Shown here one piece after another: positions 40,901 through 53,545 of a stretch of 64,000 nucleotides of DNA. The number at the start of each line of letters is the position of its first letter. Positions within the stretch are counted from its first letter, which is position 1. The position numbers were made by a program, and so were the translations under genes. A model generated the notes under the pieces. It was given only the letters and a program-made list of their open reading frames with translations, made no database searches and was not told the DNA's origin. This DNA comes from Bugula neritina (lineage: Eukaryota > Animalia > Bryozoa): positions 3,687,751-3,751,750 of the forward strand of contig OZ037773.1 in the NCBI GenBank assembly GCA_964035545.1, written 5' to 3'.

Positions 40901-43900
40901 TATTTATTGAAAATACACTGTGAAATTTTTTTTACAGACTTAATGTAAACGTTGAATTGTGGGACATTTCCAAAATATTTATCTCAGAAAAAAGAAACTA
41001 TTCTGAAATTTATATGCTTCTTTTTACTGTTCTCTAAATATTTTTATTGACTTGCAGGCATGCCATGTAAACAAATGCTTTTAAAACATATTTATAGTTA
41101 TACAGTGTTTAGCATTTTTAGATAAGATGTTGTTTGAAATTACAAATTTAATCTATCTATTTTAATACATATCTTTATATTTATAATAATTTTTTTGATA
41201 TATAGAAATATTAGATAGTAGGGTGGCTTAGTTATTTTCATAGTATAGGTGTGTAAGTACGTGAACATGTTAATACAAATGAGCCAGTGCCTTCATAAAC
41301 TTACAGGCATGTGTTTCAACTCATAATTTGGAGCATTTGGAGTTTAGCAAGACAGAGCCCACTAGTGCAGCTATATAGTCTACGAGCATGTTATTATTGT
41401 TCTAAGAGTTGAAAGGTTAGCAACTCTAAACAGACTGGTTACAGTCAGCAAAGCAAATAATAATGACAGCTGCCAGCTTCAGATTTGCTCAATAACCAAA
41501 ACCACAAATATGCTTTGAAGTTTTGTTTTTGTGCCATTTATCATTGACAAAATTTTTTAAAAAGTTTTTGAAACTGCTCATATGTGTACTTATGCCAAAA
41601 TATTAATCTCAGAAAAAATGAAACTTATACCAGTAGTAGTCTTCACTCAAACCTTACATTTCTACTTATTTTATGGGCCTTCTATATATTATGGAGACTG
41701 CCCCCAATACCTTTAGGGGGAGACAACTTTAAAATACAAATTCCTCTAGAGGGATGTTTGAAACCCCTCTATTGCTTCTTTGCCCCAGCTGGATAAGTCC
41801 TTAGCCTGATTTAACAAAAAGCTCTTTCCATCAGGGATGGTGACTATAAACTTGCGTGAGTTTTTATATTCTAACTGAAGAGATCATTAGTATAGCACTT
41901 ACACAAAATACAAGAGTTTACCAAATCGCCACTCACCTGCAAGACGCTCGATTGCCGGCGTACTCTGCATACGTCGCTCCTTCCTCGACTGGCCTCTTCC
42001 TTCAACTGCAACACAACAGTTTCTATGTGGGAGTTGTTTCCTTAACTTATATATATTGCATGTTAACACAACTCCACAATTATACACCAGTTGGCTAGCA
42101 AACGAGATTATGAACTTGAATACCATCAGTTTTAAGTTGATAAGTCTAAATCATTTAATCCAAACCATCAATTTGAACAACCAACGGAACAAAAGTCGTG
42201 TGAATTAATCATAAACCTGAATTACTTGACCAGCAAGTATTTGGTTGACGTAAGATCAGCTTGAACTGTAAACCAGAACAACTGATGGCTAATTGAAAAA
42301 ACTTCCAGTGAAAGTTCATTATCTTCAACTCCGAAATTCATCCTCATTGAATAAACTTCGCTGTGCCAGGTTGACAAAAAATATCTTACAGTCGAGAACA
42401 AGTGGAGTTGCCTTACCAGGGTTATATGTAAACTTGAGTGTGCTGGACACCCCTCTTTCAGTAACCAGCTGCACATTCACAGTGCGCTGTTTTAGTAGCT
42501 GTTTGCCAGAGGGTGGCTTGTACTCGGGATACACTAGCTGAATGGCAGCACATTCGTGGATGTCCTTTTCCCTGTAACGACCTTCAGCTTCCCAACTGGT
42601 CGCCTCGTCATAGAAACGGATCTTCTTGATATCACCTGCATATAGGATACCATAGTGTCACAGTAGCATGTAAACCTTTATTTATTTCCTCACAGGTGAG
42701 GATGACACACCCGTAGGTGAGGATGACACGCCCACAGGTGATGATGACACACCCACAAGAGAGAATGACACACCCACAGGTGAGGGTGACACATTAGGCC
42801 AGTGACCAGGACAAATAGAAAAAAACTTCTGTAATTGAATAACCACAAGCTGTGTTGTAATTATAGAAAGCTCATTGTGTATTGGATCAAAGTACTATGT
42901 ATTTCTACAAACATGCAGTGCCGATCTCGTGTTTTTACAGCTCTTTAGGCTAGGGCCACACGGTGTGGACTCCCCATACATGCAGAAAATCTGTCTAGCC
43001 CAGAAATGGGCTGTTGTGTCTGGATTTTCGTGTGAATAACATGCTGAGCGGAGAGTACATACGGCTCGTTCGAGTTTAATCTAATTGGCTGGTTTCGATT
43101 AGCGAGCACACTTTTTGAATTTCAAGCTACGTTTTGATTTTTAGCGAATTTGATAAAAACATTCGTCAATAATTTGCATTTCCACCTTTATAATATCTAA
43201 ATTTGCATTGCTTACGATGTAGATTTTAAAACAAACCCTCGTAGGCGAGCAGTTAAGTTAAATGCCATCATTAGCTAATAAATTTCCGCACCCACTATCA
43301 ACGCATTGTGTGTGGCAGGTCATTCCCGGGAACGCAATTTTTACTAATTTGGACCTGCAGGTAGAAAATCATGTCTTTGGCCCTAGCATTAAGACCACCT
43401 CACAGCAATAACACAGATAAAGTTATTATAGCATTACATTGGAATTTTCATGTTTGAAAACATTGAATGACACCACAACCATAGGTTCATGCAAACCCCA
43501 GACCGCAATTAATCCTACCAGCATCCATCTGCAGCCATGAAAACTCAGTGTAGAAGAAAGAAGCAGTATTTGCCTAAGTTCTCTCTCTGGCACCATTAAA
43601 GTACAGGGTGCAGGATACAGGACCCTATCTCCTACTAGACACAAAGTAAATTCACTCACCTTTTCTAGTGACTCCATTTATAAGCATGAGCATTTGCTTG
43701 TTACCCGAAGCGGGGCCATGTGTTGGAGTCATCTTCACAATTGCGAGGCTAGCTTTGGCTACAAATATAAGGTTACCTCTACACACGCAAGACATGAGGA
43801 GATAACATTCATATTACTGTTACTGCTGTCACTACTGTCGCTACTACCACTGCCGCTACTACTACTACTACTACCACCACTGCTTTTGCTGATACTACTA

Positions 43901-46900
43901 TTACTACTACCACGGCTACTAAAACTGCTACTATTACCACCACTATCATTACAACTGCTACAATCACTGCTACTATTAGCACTACCACTATATCTGCTAC
44001 TATCACTATATCTAGTACTATCACTACTACTATTACTACTCTCACTATTAAGATAAACGCTGATACTCATGTTACATAAGACAAGAATGAAGCATTAAAT
44101 GATTAAATAATAAAACTGAAACTCACAGGTGGAGTTGTGGATGGGATCAGAACAAACTGGTTGAAGCAGTTGCCACCTGTTATTCTTTACGAATGCCAAC
44201 TGAAAGCATATCTGCACATAATTTCTGTCTATCTTGTTTAGAGGATTATCATCTGCGTCTGCAATGAGAGAATATGTTTGCAATAAGAGAATACGTCTGC
44301 AATGAGAGAATACGTCTGCAATAAGAGAATACATCTGTAATTAGAGAATACATCTGCAATGAGAGAATACGTCTGCAATGAAAGAATACATCTGCAATAA
44401 GAGAATACGTCTGCAATGAGAGAATACATCTGCAACAAGAGAATACGTCTGCAATGAGAGAATACATCTGCAATTAGAGAATACGTCTGCAATGAGAGAA
44501 TACATCTGCAATGAGAGAATATGTCTGCAATAAGAGAATACATCTGCAATGAGAGAATACATCTGCAACAAGAGAATACGTCTGCAATGAGAGAATACAT
44601 CTGCAATGAGAGAATACATCTGCAATATGAGAATACGTCTGCAATGAGAGAATACATCCGCAATGAGATAATATGCCTGCAATGAGAGAATACATCTGCA
44701 ATGAGATAATATGCCGGCAATAAGCAAATACTTGCATATACAATAAGAATGACGAAAACAGCATAGCTATAAACTATGGAAAAAATATAAAGTCACCCAA
44801 GGCATTTCTTTCAGTAGTTTACACACTAAAAATAAGCCACAAAATTCTAAAAATTCATTGAAATCGACCTTTTACATTGTATTGAGCAAAGCAGCTTTTG
44901 TTCAACATTGGTAAAAAGTTGGAGTTGTACCACTTTACCTACTGTAGAGCACACAACTCTACAAGGTCTTACACTAGTAGCCGCTCTGTATATTTATTAG
45001 ATAGCTTATGCCTACTTAATAAAGTTAGCTAGAGAAATGTTTATTAGAAATATATATACCTTGACAGATAGCAGCAAGACATGCTTTATAAAACTACAGG
45101 TTGGCTGATCCTTTGAATAAACATATTTTTAAAGTGTTTGTTTGTGTACATTGTAGAAGTTAATTAAAACCAAGTAACCCTCAAGTATTACTGTGACACT
45201 GATACCACACTAACAAGTAACCCTCAAGTATTACTCTGACACTGATACCACACTAACAACAAGTAACTCTCAAGTATTACTCTGACACTGATACCGCACT
45301 AACAAGTAACCCTCAAGTATTACTCTGACACTGATACCACACTAACAACAAGTAACTCTCAAGTATTACTCTGACACTGATACCACACTAACAAGTAACC
45401 CTCAAGTATTACTCTGACACTAATACCACACTAACAACAAGTAAAAATATCATGCATATATGTTGATAGCTAAGGAAACCCACTTCCATAAGGATCCACT
45501 TTCAACTTCTTGCGCTTGTCCAACTGGGGTTGCCAATCTCTGTTCTTAGCATTGTTCTTACTGGCCACCAGATAGACTTTGTCCAGCCTACGATAGAAGA
45601 GCATCTAACCAATCAGCACGGACAAGACAACCAAATGAATCAATAAAGTGAAGACACTAGTAGCAGGGGTGTAGCAGTAACTAGTAGCAGGGGTGTAGCA
45701 ATAACTAGTAGCAGGGGTGTAGCAGTAACTAGTAGCAGGGGTGTAAAAGTAACTAGTAGCAGGGGTGTAGAAGTAACTAGTAGCAGGGGTGTAGCAGTAA
45801 CTAGTAGCAGGGGTGTAGAAGTGACTATTAGCAGAGGTGTAGAAGTGACTAGTACCAGGGGTGTAGAGTTAGGCCAAGTTTTATCTGCCCCCCCTCCCCC
45901 GCGTGTCATTTTTAGGCGGTTATTAGTAGTGTATACATCATCAGTCCAATAAAAGCATTGCACTACTAGACTGCAGAGAAAATTCAACAATATCAGCTGC
46001 TCCAATGCCACTTCCCTTATCTCAACTACCATATATATACTACATACTGTATCTCAACTACCACATATATACTACATACTGTATCTCAACTACCACACAT
46101 ATACTACATACTGTATCTCAACTACCATATATATACTACATACTGTATCTCAACTACCACACATATACTACATACTGTATCTCAACTACCACATATATAC
46201 TACATACTGTATCTCAACTACCACACATATACTACATACTGTATCTCAACTACTACATATATACTACATACTGTATCTCAACTACCACACATATACTACA
46301 TACTGTATCTCAACTACCATATATATACTACATAGGCTACTGTATCTCAACTACCACATATATACTACATACTGTATCTCAACTACCACACATATACTAC
46401 ATACTGTATCTCAACTACCACACATATACTACATACTGTATCTCAACTACTACATATATACTACATACTGTATCTCAACTACCACACATATACTACATAC
46501 TGTATCTCAACTACCATATATATACTACATAGGCTACTGTATCTCAACTACCACATATATACTACATACTGTATCTCAACTACCACACATATACTACATA
46601 CTGTATCTCAACTACCATATATATACTACATACTGTATCTCAACTATCACATATATACTACATACTGTATCTCAACTACCACATATATACTACATACTGT
46701 ATCTCAACTACTACATATATACTACATACTGTATCTCAACTACCACATATATACTACATACTGTATCTCAACTACCACATATATACTACATACTGTATCT
46801 CAACTACCACACATATACTACATACTGTATCTCAACTACCACACATATACTACATACTGTATCTCAACTACCACATATATACTACTTACTGTATCTCAAC

Positions 46901-49900
46901 TACCACATATATACTACATACTGTATCTCAACTACTACATATATACTACATACTGTATCTCAACTACCACATATATACTACATACTGTATCTCAACTACC
47001 ACATATATACTACATACTGTATCTCAACTACCACACATATACTACATACTGTATCTCAACTACCATATATATACTACATACTGTATCTCAACTACCACAT
47101 ATATACTACATACTGTATCTCAACTACCACACATATACTACATACTGTATCTCAACTACCACACATATACTACATACTGTATCTCAACTACCATATATAT
47201 ACTACATACTGTATCTCAACTACCACATATATACTACATACTGTATCTCAACTACCACATATATACTACATACTGTATCTCAACTACCACACATATACTA
47301 CATACTGTATCTCAACTACCACACATATACTACATACTGTATCTCAACTACCACATATATACTACTTACTGTATCTCAACTACCACATATATACTACATA
47401 CTGTATCTCAACTACTACATATATACTACATACTGTATCTCAACTACTACATATATACTACATACTGTATCTCAACTACTACATATATACTACATACTGT
47501 ATCTCAACTACCACATATATACTACATACTGTATCTCAACTACCACATATATACTACATACTGTATCTCAACTACCACACATATACTACATACTGTATCT
47601 CAACTACCATATATATACTACATACTGTATCTCAACTACCACACATATACTACATACTGTATCTCAACTACCACATATATACTACATACTGTATCTCAAC
47701 TACCACATATATACTACATACTGTATCTCAACTACCACATATATACTACATACTGTATCTCAACTACTACATATATACTACATACTGTATCTCAACTACC
47801 ACATATATACTACATACTGTATCTCAACTACCACATATATACTACATACTGTATCTCAACTACCACATATATACTACATACTGTATCTCAACTACCACAC
47901 ATATACTACATACTGTATCTCAACTACCATACATATACTACATACTGTATCTCAACTACCACACATATACTACATACTGTATCTCAACTACCACATATAT
48001 ACTACATACTGTATCTCAACTACCACACATATACTACATACTGTATCTCAACTACCACATATATACTACATACTGTATCTCAACTACCACACATATACTA
48101 CATACTGTATCTCAACTACCACATATATACTACATACTGTATCTCAACTACCACATATACACCACACATCTGACAGACCGACACTCATGTAGGAAATGCA
48201 GCATTCTTACTGAATTATGTTATTCTCTGAAGTTATTTCCAAGTTCTTTTTAACAACAACTCCATTTTCTGCATTTTCACCCTCTAGTCTGTGAGGATGG
48301 GGCTTGGGGTTTTCATCACTGGACTCTGGAACTGAGACTAAAGAAGCCATGAGAGTTGCCTTTCCCTGGTAACCTATGACCTTGAAAAACAAATAGCTGA
48401 ACAGATTAAGAAAATGTTTAGAGATATTCAGTAACTTGACTTCTGATATTTTATACATGTTTATATATAATAACATTAATATAATATAATAAATTATAAA
48501 GGAATCAAAACATTTACTTTCATTATAACAAAATAAAACCCTTTCATCGGTCACATCCTTGTTTAAGTGATAGTCAAGGTTTGTCTCTATTAACTGAATG
48601 CCAGCTCTAATATTTATCACCTAAAAACAGTGTTTGTTTCCTGGAGATATTACTAACAATGTGACATCACATCACCAGGTGTTAGAGGATGGTGTATGTT
48701 TATGTTTGGTGTCTGCTTACTAAACAAACACAGCTGCCGGATTTCACCTCAATTGTAGAGGTTTCACTTTTTGTATATTTCAAACCAGTGCTGTTCGAAA
48801 TCATTTGTCTGGAGGTTAGAGGGTCAAAAGCAAACTTATGGAGTACAGAATAAGCAACAACAGCCGCTACACTAAGTTCCTGGTTTATCTTTTTTATTAC
48901 TGCCAGTGACCATTGCACATGGAGGCAGATATCAGCGTCAAGAGAAAGTAAAGTAAACATAATATCTGGTGCAGAACATCTATTTGTAGATACCTAACAA
49001 CGAGACTGTTGGACCATTGCATATAGCATTGGGTCAACTGTACTTTATATACCAGGAAGATATGTGGTGTTCTGACAATAATATAATATTCAGTTCAACT
49101 GTAACTGTATAATAAGTATCCTAATAAATGGAAGTATTTTAATTCTAATAAGATAAGAGTGAGGTTGTTCAGTGCAGAGGTGAATATAGTTACATGCGTT
49201 CAGTCAATATCTTCTTTACATTCTGGAGTAATGTGACACCCTGAGCTTTGTTGTTATCGATACAAGGAAATGTTGCCCTCTGCGTGTTTAAATATTATGA
49301 TCAGATATTCAAGAGTTCGGGTATGATCAGTTGTACATCATTATGTAAAATATCCCATAGGTAAAAGCATCATTTGGCAGTTGATTTGCCCATTAATTCA
49401 CCCTGTATACTATGTTCCAGGTCTCAGCACCATACAGTAAGGCAGCAAGCACCTAGTTTACTATATTCATTATATTGCTCTCTGTAGTATTGAGGGGACA
49501 GTGCAGGATAGTAAATGCAAAGGTGTAGTTTACTGGGGGTAGTATAGCTGGATGGGGAAACCAAAGTGCCACAGCAAACATACCATATCCAACTACCAGG
49601 CATTGACAGAAAGCCATTGTGTGAGCACCCACAGAATCCGGAAAAAGTTACTAGTTTTTATTTGATTAAGTGAACAAGGAAGTTAATAACTGCAAGTAGT
49701 GAACTGAGAGGTTGTTTGTCACAGCAGAGTATAACTGGTGGAATGACGTATTAGTAAGTTATTAGGCATGCGCGTACAAGTTTGACGAGCCAGCTATCTT
49801 CAACGGTATCTTTACGGAATGGCTTTACAACACGGTGGAAGTTTCCAAACTATTACGTATGGGAAAATTTATTTCCCAGGAAAGTTGACTCGTGTAATAA

Positions 49901-51035
49901 AATGATGCAATGCCACGGCTAGCATAACTTAATCAATAGTCTAACTGGCCTTCTATAGAGTATCAGTATGATTTAAGCAGCCGCTTATATTACACTTTGA
50001 TATTACAGATAATCTTTCTTCACAGTTTTTTATAGAACATAAATGGTAAACTGCTAATATATTTGCTTACTGTTCACCAAGCATTCAAAATCCAAAAACT
50101 ACTAAAAATGACAAGTTTCAACAAGCCCTTGGCATTGACCTTACCAATCTATCTCGCAGTTAATTTGAAATATACCAGAGATAAACTATACCTGCCATAT
50201 AAAACAAATAACTTTAAGCAGTTTACCTGGCAGTAAACTAAGGATAGGCTGCACAGAGCAGTAATTAACAAAATATATAAATAATGAGAAAATCAACATC
50301 ATTACTACTCTACTGGAAAGACTTCGCTATAAAACATGAGCCGGAGAGTACTCTAGGGCAACCAGTGCCCTGTCCAACAGGAGGCCCCAGGACCGGGTGA
50401 GGGAAAGGGGAAAAGGGGAAAAGCCTGCATTTATATGGCCCTCAAAGGTATAACAGCTAATTAATTAGATTGGAAAAACCACTTATTCATATACATGTAT
50501 GCTACAAGACATGCAGCTTGCAGTAGTTATTGGGACTTCATTGTGTAATGATAAGTAGGAGTTTTGAAAAATACTGATGTTGTGGCCCCCAGCTATAGTT
50601 TAAAAAGTGACCCTCGTCACTGGAATATTCTAGTTCAGTGGCCCTTGATCTGAATAGGCTGGACACCCCCTCCCCCCCTCTAGACACTTAGCCATCTTGG
50701 AAAACGAGCTTACCTTCACTGTAGGCCAAGGTTTATCACCAGCTCCAGTGATGTTTGCTCTACCCGCTTCAGAACTGTAACGGTACCTGCAGGTAATATT
50801 TCAAAGCAATAAATTAATAAACACCCGCAGCAAATGACAGCAAAATAAATGACAGCTAAATTGTAGACAACTAAGTATAACAGACGACAGGAAATACAAA
50901 CCTGAGAGATGGGATGGGCTGGGTCTCAACCACCAGCTTGCCATGTTCCTCGGAGAGAGCTTGTGGCATCTCTGGTAGAATTGGATAAAGGGCAAAGTTG
51001 TTATACAGCAGCACCTGATTGCTGCCAGAATGCAT
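34927..51035 (-). CDS. Divergent Rel/NF-kB-family transcription factor, copy A (RHD + IPT + NLS + long low-complexity C-terminus, no ankyrins), ~831 aa
   Basis: 13 phase-compatible exons on minus: 50902-51035, 50714-50786, 48211-48380, 45484-45587, 44127-44258, 43660-43758, 42417-42635, 41937-42005, 38189-38256, 37325-37424, 36628-36701, 35243-36484, 34927-34938. RHD motifs LVVETQPIPSLRYRYSSEAG, PTVKVIGYQGKA, PKPHPHRLEG, VDPYG, VQICFQ, PVCSDPIHN; IPT motifs IRFYDEATSWEAEG, DIHECAAI, FTYNP; basic RKERR. The last micro-exon (LSF*) is least certain. Confidence 0.87.
34943..35180 (-). repeat. 19-bp minisatellite x~12 of acceptor-like units before the terminal exon of Rel copy A
   Basis: Minus-strand unit catgttctgtcacagtaca; the final degenerate unit ends ...tcacaatgcag|CTT. 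Confidence 0.9.
36043..36308 (-). repeat. Coding 21-bp repeat, (ATQDLGH)n / (ATQDISQ)n
   Basis: About 12 heptad units in the large exon of Rel copy A. Confidence 0.9.
36710..37146. repeat. 16-bp minisatellite (atgatgatacagtgat) x~27 abutting an acceptor
   Basis: Tandem copies ending within ~10 nt of the AG at 36702-36703. Confidence 0.92.
37758..38170. repeat. AT-rich degenerate tandem repeats (attactactat; tattactgtattagtaagcacta)
   Basis: Direct reading. Confidence 0.8.
38640..41865 (+). mobile_element. tRNA-derived SINE split by a DNA transposon (5' half 38640-38749, 3' half 41771-41865)
   Basis: Joining the halves gives ...catccagtcacaattgcttc..., colinear with the intact SINE at 57481 (catccagtcataattgctcc). 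Confidence 0.85.
38750..41770. mobile_element. 3.0-kb non-autonomous ISL2EU-like (PIF/Harbinger-related) DNA transposon with ~890-bp TIRs
   Basis: Arms 38750-39637 and 40884-41770 are near-perfect reverse complements; AG...CT termini; 2-bp AT duplication shown by the split SINE. Internal minus-strand remnant DCILMTLMKLRLALLHTGLAQRW (~40620-40700) resembles the HTH_Tnp_4 motif of ISL2EU/Harbinger transposases. Confidence 0.85.
43812..44050. repeat. Degenerate (CTA/CCA/CTG)n trinucleotide tract, intronic
   Basis: Direct reading. Confidence 0.85.
44256..44722 (-). repeat. 19-bp minisatellite x~24 containing a splice acceptor of Rel copy A
   Basis: Minus-strand unit tattctctcattgcag|acg; the last copy is the real junction attctctcattgcag|acgcagat at 44258. 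Confidence 0.92.
45172..45443. repeat. 43-46-bp minisatellite x~6
   Basis: caagtaaccctcaagtattactctgacactgataccacactaa(caa). Confidence 0.9.
45656..45868. repeat. 24-bp minisatellite (actagtagcaggggtgtagcagta) x~9
   Basis: Direct tandem copies. Confidence 0.9.
46018..48160. repeat. 32-bp minisatellite, ~2.1 kb (~67 copies), in intron 3 of Rel copy A
   Basis: Unit gtatctcaactaccacatatatactacatact, head-to-tail with no spacers. Confidence 0.97.
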
Positions 51036-53502
51036 ATGAAGGGTCAGCCGTCATGGGGAGAAGGAAGGCCAGTCTGAAACACAAGGAGATAGATTTACTG
51101 ACAATGTCAAAATGGCAGCACCATGGCAGCTTATGTCATCTGCTTGTTTCTCCTGAGCTCATTTAGTTAAAGCAGTGATCTGTATGCTTATTGTTTTCCA
51201 AATAGAGAAAATGGCAACGACCCCAAAATAGATAACTAATACAGTATTGGACAATATTCTATTTGTGGATCACTTCTTACCATCCTTTTTTGACAAACAT
51301 ATCTTTATGATATGCAGCTGGTCTTCGGCCTTCTATTTATATAAAAATAGTATAGAAATGGTGACGATGGAAAACATGAATTTCTTATCAAGTGTCCACT
51401 ACATTCCTTAATTGCAACATCAAGTTACTAACAAAGTTACACTGCATCATCTACTGCATAAGGTTAAACATTGATTTGAATTAAGAAGCTAATGAAGGTG
51501 GTTAAGTCAAAGCAAATCAAGTCAATGGCAAATCAAGGCAAGTGCTGTCTTGTCATTTCCCAGTAACAACTTTGAAATCTTTCAAGACCACAAGCTGGCT
51601 GTCAACCCCAAGTGACCAGACCAAGTCCACAATACATAATGCCTTCACAATACATAATATTTACTCGAATGATTATACACAACTAATAGAGATTGGCAAG
51701 TAGTTGCATGTACATCAACATTAATAGAAACAATTTGAAGCACCGATCCACCTATTTTGAAAGCACTATTAAGCGAAGCCCACCTACTAAAGATCTATAT
51801 CTTAAAAACTAGATAATAATTAAACCTCATTGAATAATGAGAACCTTTGAATCTTCAACAGCGTCAAAATTATGTTTGAGAGCAAAAATTACTGTTGAAA
51901 CCTTAAAGGATCAATCAATATGATTAGCAATTAATTTCTGCAAGTGCTAAATAAGCAATTGGTATAATGTCTTAAAGAAATTCCAGTGACTTGCCACCTA
52001 AAATTTTCATGTGAAATGGCATTAAGTCAATTAGATAAGCAAATCAATGAATTTTCAATTACTAAATGGCATCTAGTTCTACCGAACAATTATATGACAC
52101 TACTGATGTGTTAATTTTCTTAAGAGAACTTTCATGACTGATGGTGCGCATCAAAATAATGAGATTTGTAAATCTTTCCAGTGTAGATTCCTATATATAA
52201 CAGAGTAACTCAATATAATTATGCTAACATGAAAAATCCTTTTATGACATAATATTTAAAAACTTTGCTTTAATGATGTCATCACCGAGCAGAGACTATT
52301 TATACTACAGATACAAAATTTTTTTTAGTACAACTGATGACTGCAAACAACATAGAATAGACTACAGATTGCGTATTAGTATGGAATGGGTTCCTGCCGT
52401 TTTGTTCACAAGTTGTTTAGTACACAAACTATTGTAAACAAAATCAATAATGAATTAACCTTAAACCCAAATGATAAATAAATGTACAAAATTATTTATT
52501 TTAGTTAATTTATACTGATGTGTACGAAAGGACCTAACAAGTGGGTACGAAACGACTTATGTACGAAATGACCTGTACCCCCTTGATCTTCATATTCATA
52601 TTGAATGGGTTAAGCCCTAAGACCTCTCGAAGAGAGTTATTTTGTCTGAGTTATATGTTAATATTACTAACAGCATAGTAGTAGTACTGTTAGTGTTACT
52701 GTGTAACTGTAAGACTAAGTGTTGAGTGTCTCCGTTGGTGAATAACTATAAGTTTTATCTTTCGAATTGATCGTGTTGCTGTTACTGTTACTGTTAGTGT
52801 TTCAATAGATTAGTTTATCGACGATAATCAGATCAACTTGAACAACAACATCATGATCAACATGAACCTGAACATTATGATTAATACAGATTATATTTAT
52901 TCATTAACTTTAAGTTCAACTCATAACTTATTAACTCAATAACTGGAAGTTATAACTTATAACTATAACTATAAGTTATAACTAATTTACTCATAGTAAT
53001 TACTAATAAAATTTAATGAATAATTAAATTATAACCACAATGCAGTTTTCTTTGTATAATAATAAATTAGTAACTAATGAATCTCATAATTTCGTCAGCT
53101 ACGTGACAGTAGTTTCTACTTACTAGCAATAGTTATACTTATAGTTGTAGTACACATACTGATACCGATGGCGTTAGTGATACTGATAGTAACACTCGCA
53201 CTCCGAATCAGAATGAGAGTTACCACACCAAAATGTTCTGGAACAGGCTCGCTATATTTTATGCGTATTGACTTCAGTCATCGACAGACGATCGTGCGTG
53301 GATGCGGTCCAAATAATATTATTACTGTATCAATAAAATTGCGTGCTAAGCGCAGTTGTCGACTTTTTTTACCGACTTTTCCTACAAAACCAACAATGGC
53401 TTTGTTACGAACCTTTACCTGATCACCCGTATTATCCCTTAAAAAATAATAACCGATAACGAGTCAAGCATTAATTTTAGTACCGCTCAACTTTTAAGAT
53501 AA

Positions 53503-53512
53503 GGGAATTCCC
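53503..53512. promoter_or_regulatory. Perfect palindromic kB site GGGAATTCCC between the two Rel genes
   Basis: aaGGGAATTCCCc matches GGGRNWYYCC on both strands; ~85 bp from a candidate first-exon donor of copy A at ~53419. Confidence 0.65.
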
Positions 53513-53532
53513 CAAATCCAACTGATTTGGTC

Positions 53533-53545
53533 TGGAAATGAGTCA
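53533..53545 (+). promoter_or_regulatory. TGGAAA-TGAGTCA composite (AP-1 site abutting an ETS/NFAT-type core)
   Basis: Exact AP-1 heptamer 53539-53545, 26 bp from the kB site. Confidence 0.45.

Noticed and set aside
38697-41796. Two near-identical short ORFs (MYLCQNINLRK...) on opposite strands as a duplicated gene
   Set aside because: They are the two arms of the transposon TIR; no coding features.
42951-43385. Possible hAT-like MITE (tagggcca...tggcccta)
   Set aside because: Only an ~8-10 bp inverted match, no TSD found, single copy in the window.
46018-48160. CRISPR-like 32-bp repeat array
   Set aside because: Units are contiguous with no unique spacers, no cas genes, and the context is a eukaryotic intron.
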